Positions 39,602-48,460 of a DNA stretch of 64,000 bases are shown here, piece after piece. The position numbers and the translations under genes were made by a program. The notes under the pieces are model-generated. The model was given only the letters and a program-made list of their open reading frames with translations, searched no databases and had not been told where the DNA came from. The first letter of the stretch is position 1, and each line of letters begins with the position of its first letter. Source of the stretch: Ignavibacteriota bacterium (GTDB lineage Bacteria > Bacteroidota > Ignavibacteria > Kapaibacteriales > UBA2268); contig JACRLY010000002.1 in the NCBI GenBank assembly GCA_016219595.1, forward strand, positions 18,190 to 82,189, written 5' to 3'.

Positions 39602-39805
39602 TCATTTTATTTGGCTGTTGTATTCTTTAAGAAAATCTTCCCACAATTGAAAACCGCTTGAATTTTTGATTGCTTTTGATAATTCGACCGAATCTTCTAA
39701 ATCCTCTATATATTCATTAAGTTTTTCATAATCCGGCTTGTTGAGCAATACAGCGGAAATATTGCCTTTTTTATCAATAACATTTTGTGGAGATATTTTT
39801 ACCAT
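39602..39805 (-). CDS. Phd/YefM- or RelB-like antitoxin, no adjacent toxin
   Basis: 67 aa. The pattern ...GNISAVLLNKPDYEKLNEYIEDLEDS resembles Phd/YefM-type antitoxins. No toxin-sized ORF lies on either side. Confidence 0.45.
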   Translation of the reverse strand: MVKISPQNVIDKKGNISAVLLNKPDYEKLNEYIEDLEDSVELSKAIKNSSGFQLWEDFLKEYNSQIK

Positions 39806-39950
39806 TTTATTATTCCAGATAAAAAATAAATTTTCACCATTTACATTTAAGTTGTAAAATAATAAATATTTTGTTCATCATTTTGACTTTTAATTACCTG
39901 AATTTTACCCTAAATTGCATAATTCATAAATTAACATTGTTGCGTTTTTA

Positions 39951-40799
39951 ATGAGCATTATCGTTGCTATTATACTCGGCTTACTGCAAGGATTGAGCGA
40001 ATTCATCCCGATTAGCAGTACTGCACACCTTACAATTGCAGGCAAACTTTTCGGCTTGATTGACCCTAATCATCCTGAACAGTGGACATCTTTCATTGCC
40101 GTGATTCAACTTGGGACACTCGTTGCTGTTCTGCTTTACTTTTCAAAAGAGATCAGGGAAATACCCTCTGCATTTTTTAGAGAGAATTTCAGCTCTGCAA
40201 GAAAGCCATTGCAGGTGCAGTCCCTTAATTCAAGGATGGGCTGGTTTATTATTATTGGTACTATTCCTATAGTGACAATCGGACTTGTCCTAAAAAAAGT
40301 AATTGAAAGCAATATCACAAAAGACCTGTTCATTATTGCAATCGCCCTGATAGCTCTGGCTCTTATACTTGCACTTGCAGAAAAAATTGCAAAATTCAAT
40401 AAGGAAATTGATAATGTAAATTGGAAAGATGCGCTGATTGTAGGTCTTGCACAATGTATAGCCCTTTTCCCCGGTGCTTCCCGCTCAGGCACTACGCTTA
40501 CTGCCGGATTATTTCTCGGAATGAAGCGGGAATCTGCTGCAAGATTTTCTTTTTTACTTAGTATTCCTGCTGTTCTTGCAAGCGGACTGCTGGAATTTTA
40601 CCAGAGTTTAAAATATATAAATGGCAGTGATAAGTTAAATATGCTCGTTGCTACTGTTGTTGCTGCTATAAGCGGGTATGCCTCGATTGCTTTCCTGCTT
40701 CGGTTTTTGAGAACTCGTTCTACATTATTGTTTATAATTTATCGTATATTGCTCGGTGTGTCAGTCATCATTTTGATTTGGACAAAAATAATTCATTGA
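39951..40799 (+). CDS. uppP: undecaprenyl-diphosphatase
   Basis: 282 aa, polytopic. SEFIPISSTAHL near the N-terminus and PGASRSGTT motif. Confidence 0.92.
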   Translation: MSIIVAIILGLLQGLSEFIPISSTAHLTIAGKLFGLIDPNHPEQWTSFIAVIQLGTLVAVLLYFSKEIREIPSAFFRENFSSARKPLQVQSLNSRMGWFIIIGTIPIVTIGLVLKKVIESNITKDLFIIAIALIALALILALAEKIAKFNKEIDNVNWKDALIVGLAQCIALFPGASRSGTTLTAGLFLGMKRESAARFSFLLSIPAVLASGLLEFYQSLKYINGSDKLNMLVATVVAAISGYASIAFLLRFLRTRSTLLFIIYRILLGVSVIILIWTKIIH

Positions 40800-40803
40800 T
40801 AAT

Positions 40804-41532
40804 ATGACAAAAACATATAACAAATATTGCTGTTATTTAATTGTATTAATCTTTTCTCTTTTCATGTTTTATTCCTGCGGAAACGAGCAGAAAGAACCAA
40901 AGAAAGCTGTTAAATCACAACAGAAACAAGTTGCAGATTTAAAAAAAGGAGAGAAGAAAATTCCTGTTGACCCGAATATTATGATTCCCCTGGAAAGAAT
41001 AACTATAACTCACACAGCAGAACTAATGACATCGAAAGGCAGGATAGTTCTTGGTTTATATGGCAAGGACGCACCTAAAGCGGTTGAAAATTTCATCGGG
41101 TTGGCAAAGAAGGGATATTACAACGGAATTAAATTTCATCGTGTCGCAAAAAATTTTCTTATCCAGGCAGGCGACCGTCTGACAAGAAATTCGAGGAGGA
41201 TGGAAGACTGGGGTACAGGCGGAGAAAGCATCTATAAAAAAGAATTTGAAGATGAACTCGATACGGAAACACCCAGCTACAAAATAGGATATATCAAAGG
41301 CACTCTCGCTATGGCAAACCGTGGACCCAATACAAATAAAAGCCAGTTCTTCATCTGCCTCGAAGAAGCCGAGAAGCTCGAACACAACTGGACAATCTTC
41401 GGTCGAGTGCTTGAAGGAATGGATATTGTCGAATTGATTTCTTCAGTCCGTGTATTTCCCAGCAGCCGCGGTGCAGATGATGGAATACCGAGAAAACCGA
41501 TTATAATACATTGGGTGAAGGTGAGAAAATAA
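40804..41532 (+). CDS. cyclophilin-type peptidyl-prolyl cis-trans isomerase, lipoprotein-like
   Basis: 242 aa. Signal with Cys (FMFYSCG). Cyclophilin blocks FHRVAKNFLIQAGD and GTLAMANRGPNTNKSQFFI. Confidence 0.9.
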   Translation: MTKTYNKYCCYLIVLIFSLFMFYSCGNEQKEPKKAVKSQQKQVADLKKGEKKIPVDPNIMIPLERITITHTAELMTSKGRIVLGLYGKDAPKAVENFIGLAKKGYYNGIKFHRVAKNFLIQAGDRLTRNSRRMEDWGTGGESIYKKEFEDELDTETPSYKIGYIKGTLAMANRGPNTNKSQFFICLEEAEKLEHNWTIFGRVLEGMDIVELISSVRVFPSSRGADDGIPRKPIIIHWVKVRK

Positions 41533-41568
41533 TGTATATTAATATATTAAAAATAAAATGAATCCTAA

Positions 41569-42417
41569 ATGAAAACAAAATTGTTTTTCAGAATAATTGC
41601 AAGATATTTTATTATCCAGATTGGAGTAATACTAGTTGCTGTTTCCCTTGAAATGTTCCTTGTTCCTAATAAGATAATTGATGGTGGTGTAATTGGAATT
41701 TCAATTATACTTAGTTATTTGGTTAATTGGCAGCTTGCTTTCTTTATTGTTGTACTGAACTTTCCTTTTCTGATAATAGCCTATAAAAAATTAGGAAGTG
41801 ATTTTATCTTTTCTACACTATATGCAGTTATATCCCTTTCAATTTGGGTTTATATTTTCAAGCCTGTTCCCGGGGTAACTGAAGATTTATTTTTAGCATC
41901 AATATTTGGAGGAATAATCATTGGTGCAGGTGTTGGATTAATCATAAGGAACGGAGCTTCACTTGACGGCACAGAAATTATTTCTCTTCTTATAAACAAA
42001 AAGCACGGTTTTTCAGTAGGCGAGATTATAATGTTCTTCAACATTTTCATTCTTGCTTCGGCGGGACTTGTATTTGGCTGGGATAGGGCTATGTACTCGC
42101 TTGTTACCTATTTTCTTGCCTATAAAATTATTGATATTGTGATTGATGGGATTGATGATGCAAAGGCAATTTTTATTATATCAACTGAATCAGAATCAAT
42201 TAAGAATGAATTATTTTTAAACTTTAACCGGGGGCTGACTATTTTTAACGGCAAGGGTGGTTTTTCTGATGAAAACAGAGAAATTATTTACATTATAATC
42301 AAAAGGTCTGAAATTTTTAAGTTAAAAAAATTAGTTCGCAAATTTGATGATGAAGCATTTATATCCATACAGGATATACATGAAGTTGTAGGAAAAAATC
42401 TTAAGGAATGGAAATAG
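41569..42417 (+). CDS. YitT-family membrane protein (DUF2179 C-terminal domain)
   Basis: 282 aa. Five or six TM segments followed by a soluble tail. Motifs GGVIGISI and GASLDGTEI are typical of YitT-like proteins. Ends in TAG at 42415-42417. Confidence 0.75.
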   Translation: MKTKLFFRIIARYFIIQIGVILVAVSLEMFLVPNKIIDGGVIGISIILSYLVNWQLAFFIVVLNFPFLIIAYKKLGSDFIFSTLYAVISLSIWVYIFKPVPGVTEDLFLASIFGGIIIGAGVGLIIRNGASLDGTEIISLLINKKHGFSVGEIIMFFNIFILASAGLVFGWDRAMYSLVTYFLAYKIIDIVIDGIDDAKAIFIISTESESIKNELFLNFNRGLTIFNGKGGFSDENREIIYIIIKRSEIFKLKKLVRKFDDEAFISIQDIHEVVGKNLKEWK

Positions 42418-42524
42418 TGAAATCCATTTCCTCTGATCGAGTAATTCCAAGCAGTCATGGTACTGATGACGGAATCCCGAAAAAACCGATTGTAATTCAT
42501 TGGGTGAAAGTGAAAAAGTCGTGA
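42405..42524 (+). pseudogene. displaced, diverged copy of the PPIase gene 3' end (39 codons)
   Basis: GMEIVKSISSDRVIPSSHGTDDGIPKKPIVIHWVKVKKS* aligns codon for codon with the real PPIase end GMDIVELISSVRVFPSSRGADDGIPRKPIIIHWVKVRK* (41416-41532). A TAA sits directly upstream in that frame. Confidence 0.85.
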
Positions 42525-42643
42525 CAAATTAGTAACTTAATAAAATTATATATAAATAAGCATTACACCTGAAATATATTCATAATTCGATAAAGTTAGC
42601 TTAATTTTGTATTTTATATTTTTGATTAAAAGGCGGTGGAATT

Positions 42644-43732
42644 ATGAATAAAGTTGCAGTGATTATGGCAGGAGGCTCAGGAGCAAGGCTCTGGCCCCGA
42701 AGCACTGAAAAGAAACCAAAGCAATTCATCCACTTGATGGGCGACGGCTCAATGATTCAAAATACAGTCGCAAGGCTTGAACCCATTTTTGATAGCAAAG
42801 ACATATATATAGTAACTTCGGATTATCTAAAAGAATTCTGCTTTGAGCAGTTACCTCATATTCCAAAGGAAAATATCATAACAGAACCTTTTCCGAAAAA
42901 TACTGCACCCTGCATCGCTCTCGCTGCAACAGCAATTGAAAATAAATATACACCCGATACGATTTTATTTACATTTCCCTCTGACCATGTGATTACCAAC
43001 CAAAGGGAGTTTCATCACAGCCTTGAAGTGGCATCTAAAGTGGCTTATGAGAAGGGGAGAATACTGGCAATTGGTTTGAGCCCTACAAGACCTGAAACAG
43101 CATTTGGATATATCCAGGTTAAAGATGAGCATAAGGATTTGGGTGAACTTTATGATGAAGGAGTTAGGTTTTCATCTGCTTTTGCAGAGAAACCTGATTC
43201 TGCTACAGCTAAAAGATTTATCGAGTCCGGAGATTTCCTCTGGAATAGTGGTATATTTATTTGGAGGCTCGATACTTTTTGGGATACATTCAAAAAGTTT
43301 TTACCGGAAGACAGCCGATTGTTTAATAAACTTAAAAAAAGTGTAAACGATGAGAAATTCAATACACTTGTCGAGGAAATCTACAGGCAGATACAATCGG
43401 AATCAATCGATTATGCGATAATGGAAAAGGCAAAGAATGTTTTCGTTGTCGAAGCATCATTCGGATGGAGTGACCTGGGGAACTGGGATGAAATCTACAG
43501 GCTTTCGATGAAGGACGGAAGGAATAATGTGATTGAAGGCGACGTGATTTCGATTAATACATCTAATTGCTTAGTAAGCTCTTACGGGAAAATGATAGGT
43601 GTTGTAGGAGTTGATAATTTGATGGTAATCGAAAGTGAAAACTCGATTGTAATTTGCCGCAGAGGCTATTCGGATGATGTTAAAGAAATAGTTGACTTTT
43701 TGAGACGAAAACAAATAAATAAATATCTTTAA
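42644..43732 (+). CDS. manC: mannose-1-phosphate guanylyltransferase (nucleotidyltransferase domain only)
   Basis: 362 aa. N-terminal MAGGSGARLWPRS motif, plus FPSDH and WSDLGNW blocks. Confidence 0.85.
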   Translation: MNKVAVIMAGGSGARLWPRSTEKKPKQFIHLMGDGSMIQNTVARLEPIFDSKDIYIVTSDYLKEFCFEQLPHIPKENIITEPFPKNTAPCIALAATAIENKYTPDTILFTFPSDHVITNQREFHHSLEVASKVAYEKGRILAIGLSPTRPETAFGYIQVKDEHKDLGELYDEGVRFSSAFAEKPDSATAKRFIESGDFLWNSGIFIWRLDTFWDTFKKFLPEDSRLFNKLKKSVNDEKFNTLVEEIYRQIQSESIDYAIMEKAKNVFVVEASFGWSDLGNWDEIYRLSMKDGRNNVIEGDVISINTSNCLVSSYGKMIGVVGVDNLMVIESENSIVICRRGYSDDVKEIVDFLRRKQINKYL

Positions 43733-43738
43733 CCGGAA

Positions 43739-44173
43739 TTGAAAAACATTTGTAAAATATTATTGATTATTTCTCCGGTATTATTGGCGGTTGCCTGTAG
43801 TCCCGCTGTCCGGTTTTCTGAGAAAAGCAGCACAACATTGAATAGCAGGGATACAGAAGAGCCTACAAAAGCAGTAGCAGGGCAGACTTTCCGAGGAATT
43901 GCCTCATTTTATGCGGATAAATTTCACGGAAGGAAAACATCCAGCGGCGAAATTTTCGATATGAACGGCTTCACTGCCGCACACAGGACTTTACCTTTTG
44001 GCACAAAACTGCAGGTAACTAATTTAAAGAACGGGAAATCCGTTATTGTGAAAGTCAATGACAGGGGACCTTTCAAGGAAGAAAGAATTTTGGATTTATC
44101 GAGAGCTGCCGCAGAAAGCATCGATATGGTAAATGATGGAACGGCAGAAGTTGAGATTAAAGTTTTAGAGTAG
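43739..44173 (+). CDS. rlpA: RlpA-like septal lytic transglycosylase lipoprotein (DPBB domain)
   Basis: 144 aa with a TTG start. Lipobox LLAVAC. ASFYADKFHGRKTSSGEIFD...TAAHRTLPFGT...V.VNDRGPF. Confidence 0.85.
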   Translation: MKNICKILLIISPVLLAVACSPAVRFSEKSSTTLNSRDTEEPTKAVAGQTFRGIASFYADKFHGRKTSSGEIFDMNGFTAAHRTLPFGTKLQVTNLKNGKSVIVKVNDRGPFKEERILDLSRAAAESIDMVNDGTAEVEIKVLE

Positions 44174-44189
44174 ATTTAAAGGCATAAAA

Positions 44190-45326
44190 TTGAATATAGG
44201 AATTTTTGAAATTGACCATTATGAGTTCGCATACTCGCTATGCAGGCTCTTCGATTACCGCGAAAACAAAATTTTCTTTTTTGTCAATCAAAGCATGTAT
44301 GAACAGTTACGCAGCGGTTTAGGCAGAACTGCCGAAAAATGTTATTGGTTTGTTATGGAAGAAAGAGACACGCTGAATTTCTTTCTAAATAAAGTTAAGC
44401 ACGTCTTAGACAATGAAGAAGTCAGGCTTTTGTTTCTAAATTCTATTTACTCGGATTTCGGAAAATACTCTTCTTTTGTAAAGAGTATAAATTCAAAAAC
44501 TGTTATTACTGTTCACAATATTAATAATTGGATTAAGCCTGCTGATAAGGGAATAAAAGGTTTTTTTGCAAAGCGGAGCAAAAAAAATATAATAAAAAAT
44601 TGTTCAGCCGTAAATGTTTTCGGCGAGGAACTGAAAAAATACTTCAATTCGGAATGTAAATACAGGAAACATATTCTGACTCTGCCTTATTCGATATATG
44701 AACATTCGAAAATTCCCGAAATAACAAGTGACAGAATCGAGTTCGTTATTCCCGGAAGCATAGATTCAAGAAGACGGGATTACAATACAGTATTGAATTC
44801 ATTCGAAAAAGCATCGCAGAAAGCAGGCAAGATTTCATTGACACTGGCGGGCAAGCCTGTGTGGGATTATGGCAGGGATATTCTGACAAGATGCAAAAAA
44901 GCCTGTGAACAGGGAATGAAGATTAAATGGTTCGACGATTTTGTCCCACATCCTGAATTTGAGAAAATAATGCATGCATGCGATGTTGTAATATCTCCTA
45001 TCAATAAGGAAATGCCTTTTTCGGTGAGAAATGAAGTCTATGGAATTACAAAAGCAACAGGCGGTACTTTCGATATGGCACGCTATGCCAAACCGGGAAT
45101 TATGCCGGTGCAATTCAATACTCCCGATGAACTTTCCGGCAGCATTCTGAAATACGCAAGCGAAGAAGAACTCACTTCACTTTTTATTAAAATATCGACT
45201 GACATTAATTTCCTGACACAATTGAAACAAAAAGCATTGAATAACTCACGCAATTTTACAGTGGATATCATTCGCGAAAGAATTGAACCGGAAATCGATG
45301 AACTATTTAAGACAATGAGATGGTAG
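44190..45326 (+). CDS. hypothetical protein, possibly a GT-B fold glycosyltransferase
   Basis: 378 aa with a TTG start. The C-terminal half (FVIPGSID...LTLAGKP...CDVVISP...) loosely resembles the GT-B donor-binding half. Ends in TAG at 45324-45326. Confidence 0.35.
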   Translation: MNIGIFEIDHYEFAYSLCRLFDYRENKIFFFVNQSMYEQLRSGLGRTAEKCYWFVMEERDTLNFFLNKVKHVLDNEEVRLLFLNSIYSDFGKYSSFVKSINSKTVITVHNINNWIKPADKGIKGFFAKRSKKNIIKNCSAVNVFGEELKKYFNSECKYRKHILTLPYSIYEHSKIPEITSDRIEFVIPGSIDSRRRDYNTVLNSFEKASQKAGKISLTLAGKPVWDYGRDILTRCKKACEQGMKIKWFDDFVPHPEFEKIMHACDVVISPINKEMPFSVRNEVYGITKATGGTFDMARYAKPGIMPVQFNTPDELSGSILKYASEEELTSLFIKISTDINFLTQLKQKALNNSRNFTVDIIRERIEPEIDELFKTMRW

Positions 45327-45934
45327 TTATTTTAGATTACGGAATAGGGAATTTAGGTTCCATACAGAATATGCTGAAAAGAATAAATGTGGAATCCATG
45401 ATTTCATCGGAGGAAAAGGTTATCGATTTTGCGGAAAGGCTTATTATCCCTGGAATCGGAGCATTCGACAACGGGATGAGAAAGCTGAACGAGTTCGGAT
45501 TAATTCCCGTGTTAGAAAAAAAAGCAATCAAAGATAAAATACCTGTACTCGGCATCTGCCTCGGTATGCAATTGTTCACGGAATCCAGTGAGGAAGGTGT
45601 CTCAAGCGGCTTGGGCTGGATTAAGGGGAGAACCGTTAAATTCAAATTTGACGGCGAAAACAATAAACTGAAAATTCCCCAGATGGGATGGAATACAATT
45701 GAAATAAAAAAGCCGGGTGCTTTACTCGATGATTTGCCCGGGGAAAAAAAGTTTTATTTTGTTCATTCCTTCCACGTAGTAACTGAAGCAGAGCCTGATT
45801 CGCACTGCACGACAAATTACGGTTACGACTTCACTTCGATGTTCCAATACGGCAACCTATATGGGGTGCAGTTCCACCCCGAAAAAAGCCACAAATACGG
45901 TATGAAACTGCTTAAGAATTTTGTGGGAATTTGA
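45320..45934 (+). CDS. hisH: HisH-type glutamine amidotransferase (imidazole glycerol phosphate synthase subunit H family)
   Basis: 204 aa. ILDYGIGNLGS, PGIGAF, GICLGMQL (Cys nucleophile), PQMGWN and FHPEKS blocks. Confidence 0.85.
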   Translation: MVVILDYGIGNLGSIQNMLKRINVESMISSEEKVIDFAERLIIPGIGAFDNGMRKLNEFGLIPVLEKKAIKDKIPVLGICLGMQLFTESSEEGVSSGLGWIKGRTVKFKFDGENNKLKIPQMGWNTIEIKKPGALLDDLPGEKKFYFVHSFHVVTEAEPDSHCTTNYGYDFTSMFQYGNLYGVQFHPEKSHKYGMKLLKNFVGI

Positions 45935-45968
45935 AAAATGAAAAATCAAAAAATAAAATCATGAATAA

Positions 45969-45988
45969 CCACTACTTTTAAGTAGTGG
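45969..45988 (+). terminator. hairpin CCACTAC-TTTTAA-GTAGTGG downstream of hisH
   Basis: 7-bp perfect stem 35 nt after the hisH stop. There is no clear U-tract. Confidence 0.3.
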
Positions 45989-46065
45989 AATTTGACGCAC
46001 ATCAATTAATCGGGATTTATCCCTTTAAATAAGTGACTAAAGTCAGATTCTCCAATAAATATCCA

Positions 46066-46085
46066 CCACTATCTGAAGATAGTGG
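46066..46085 (-). terminator. hairpin CCACTATC-TGAA-GATAGTGG downstream of the 46108 gene
   Basis: 8-bp perfect stem 22 nt after the minus-strand stop. Same CCACTA/TAGTGG family as 45969-45988 and 53909-53925. Confidence 0.3.
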
Positions 46086-46107
46086 CTATTCAATTTGAAA
46101 TTACTCT

Positions 46108-46758
46108 CTATTTCTGTATTACAACCTTTCTTGTAGTAAAATTGCCACTTGTAATTATCTCAAAAAAGTAAATACCCGGCTGTAATTCGGGTACATTTAC
46201 AGAAAATGAGTTTGAACCGATTACATTCCCCTTCGTCAATGATGTAACTTTCGTTCCTTGTAAATTATAAATATTCACTAAAACTGAATTTTCAAACGGG
46301 ATGACGGATGTAATCGTGAATTGGTTATTCATTAAGGGATTTGGATAGACCTTAATTAATGAACCTTTCAAATTATTTAAATCAGATACATCAGACGCCG
46401 GGTTAGCTGAATCAACTATGCTGAAATAACCGGTGTTGAAGCCGTATATCTCAGGATTATTAACAGACTGAATTTTAACCCTGTACTTTGAACTGAAATT
46501 TTCAGTATCAATATACCAATTGTACTGTCCTGCACTTGCAGATACATTGGAATCAATTAGTGTAAAAGTACACAAAAATCCATTCCATAGCCATATATTC
46601 ACTTCATCTCCGGTAGTGTCGGGATAAATCCATTTGATTCTCATTGTGTCATTATTGACAATTGTGGCACCCCCTGCTGGCTGAATATTAAATATATCAG
46701 AACCATACAATTGTGCTGTTAAAAACATAAAACTTATTATTAATAAAATCTTTTTCAT
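46108..46758 (-). CDS. exported protein with Ig-like (Kre9/KNH-like) N-terminal domain and T9SS CTD
   Basis: 216 aa with a signal peptide. GQYNWYIDTENFSSKYRVKIQS resembles Ser-Thr-rich/KNH-type domains. C-terminus IKVYPNPLMNNQFTI...PGIYFFEIITSGNFTTRKVVIQK. Confidence 0.55.
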   Translation of the reverse strand: MKKILLIISFMFLTAQLYGSDIFNIQPAGGATIVNNDTMRIKWIYPDTTGDEVNIWLWNGFLCTFTLIDSNVSASAGQYNWYIDTENFSSKYRVKIQSVNNPEIYGFNTGYFSIVDSANPASDVSDLNNLKGSLIKVYPNPLMNNQFTITSVIPFENSVLVNIYNLQGTKVTSLTKGNVIGSNSFSVNVPELQPGIYFFEIITSGNFTTRKVVIQK

Positions 46759-46978
46759 ATTATCACCTTTTTAATTATTTTCAATAGGTTGTTACCTTAT
46801 CATAAGTAATTCTTAATTCTAAAACAAAACCTCTGGGAAAATTTGTACCTAGCCCGGTAACCGGCTTACTAATTGCATTATTAATATTATTATCTTCTCC
46901 ACTAGCAGAGAAAAAATAATGTGCAAATAAACCGATTTTATTAATATGCAAAATATTTTTTTATGAGTAATATAAAAT

Positions 46979-48331
46979 TTAAATACCTATTCCTATTTCT
47001 AATTTTACTACAGAATTCGCATATTCATAGAATGTCGGGTAACTGTTATCGAGATTCATTGCTTTATTCGTTATGCCGATACCAATGAAGTTTCCTTTCA
47101 GTACTTCGTATCCTGCACCGATGTCAATGAAAGCATAAGTAAAAGGTTCGTAATTTTCTGCACTAATCTGATTAATATCCAAATTTGCATATAAGTAAAA
47201 TTTATCTATGATAAATACTTTGCTGTCTAATTGTAAAGTGAGACAACTTATATCCATACCCTGGTATTCAGTGAAAACAGCCCACTGGCTGAATTTCCTG
47301 TCATAATAATATAATGGATACAATTCCGGTCCGACATTATTGGAATATGTTCTGCGGGCAGTGTCTCGATAATATATTGATTGATTATAATAATACAAAT
47401 TATAGAATTTCCCGTAACGGCGATATTCTGCTTTAGCATTTACATTGAATATATTATCGGAGTATTTCGTTGCCAATCCTGCAAGGCTCGCACTCGATTC
47501 TGAATTGGAATAAAAAGTATAGTCATTATTTCTTTTTCCATACTGCATATAAAATTTGACTAAATCTTTGTAGTACACAGCAGCAGAAAATGTCATTCCG
47601 TCATTATTTTCACTAAACTGTGTAAGGTATGAATTATAGCTGTACAATCCGAACTTCAAGGTAAGAAAAAAATTGTTGACAAATTCGAGCTGCTCCAAAG
47701 AAATAATATAATCATTTGCATCATCCATGTTCAATCCGATTCCATAGAGCAAATCGGCAATTTTATTATACTCAAATTTCAAATTTCGCCATTTTACGTA
47801 CCAGTTATCACCCTGAACATCAAGATTGTTTAAGTTCAGCCCTTCGTATAAATTAATATTGTCATAATTTCCGACACTGACTCCCAGGCTGAATTTTTCA
47901 TCTGAAATATTGAATGAAGTGTCGAATGCAAAATAGAATTTCGGGAAGAGGACTATATCTTTAAGTGTCAATGTTCCGTAGCTTGCGCCCCGGTGTTCGG
48001 CAAATATATTTACCTTTGCATTGATACCCCTGTAAGAGGCATGAGTAGATAAATTGATGAAAGATGCACCATGTCTGAGCGGATTATCTGTCATATAATC
48101 GCCTAAGAGTTCCCATCTTTGCTGTAATCCAGGTTCGAATGGTCTCCTTATGCTTAAGGCTTCAGGAAGGTTTACTTGCCCCATGTCATCATTCATATGG
48201 GCTATGTGTTTTCCGCTGAGATGAAAATTGAGATTAAGCGAATCATTATTTTGCAGTTCACCGGTGCAGAAAAGTTTTAAAGTAAATAACAGGAAAAGAA
48301 TAACAAGTATAAATCTTTTAATAACAGTCAT
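46979..48331 (-). CDS. putative outer-membrane beta-barrel protein (start revised to the internal Met)
   Basis: The track ORF begins at 48454, but its first ~41 codons run across an intrinsic terminator (48412-48438). The Met at 48331 gives a proper signal peptide (MTVIKRFILVILFLLFTLKLFC). Tyr/Asn-rich alternating pattern with a C-terminal ...VVKLEIGIGI. Confidence 0.55.
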   Translation of the reverse strand: MTVIKRFILVILFLLFTLKLFCTGELQNNDSLNLNFHLSGKHIAHMNDDMGQVNLPEALSIRRPFEPGLQQRWELLGDYMTDNPLRHGASFINLSTHASYRGINAKVNIFAEHRGASYGTLTLKDIVLFPKFYFAFDTSFNISDEKFSLGVSVGNYDNINLYEGLNLNNLDVQGDNWYVKWRNLKFEYNKIADLLYGIGLNMDDANDYIISLEQLEFVNNFFLTLKFGLYSYNSYLTQFSENNDGMTFSAAVYYKDLVKFYMQYGKRNNDYTFYSNSESSASLAGLATKYSDNIFNVNAKAEYRRYGKFYNLYYYNQSIYYRDTARRTYSNNVGPELYPLYYYDRKFSQWAVFTEYQGMDISCLTLQLDSKVFIIDKFYLYANLDINQISAENYEPFTYAFIDIGAGYEVLKGNFIGIGITNKAMNLDNSYPTFYEYANSVVKLEIGIGI

Positions 48332-48411
48332 ATTATAATTCACCATTAGTAAAATAGAATATTGACAAAGAAGAATAAAATAAATAAAAATTGTGGTTAG
48401 GTTGAAGAGAT

Positions 48412-48438
48412 AAAAAAAAGGGATTGTTGCCAATCCCT
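48412..48438 (-). terminator. rho-independent terminator
   Basis: The minus strand reads AGGGATTG-GCAA-CAATCCCT followed by T8, 22 nt after the stop of 48461-49216. An A-run on the other side makes it potentially bidirectional. Confidence 0.75.
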
Positions 48439-48460
48439 CTTTTTCATTCATCACAAATTG

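Noticed and set aside
46790-46950. Possible displaced C-terminal remnant of the OMP gene downstream of 46979
   Set aside because: A ~55-codon open frame on the minus strand (...GLFAHYFFSASGEDNN...PRGFVLELRITYDKVTTY*) ends in a beta-strand-like tail that vaguely recalls ...NSVVKLEIGIGI*. The similarity is too weak to align, and there is no convincing start.
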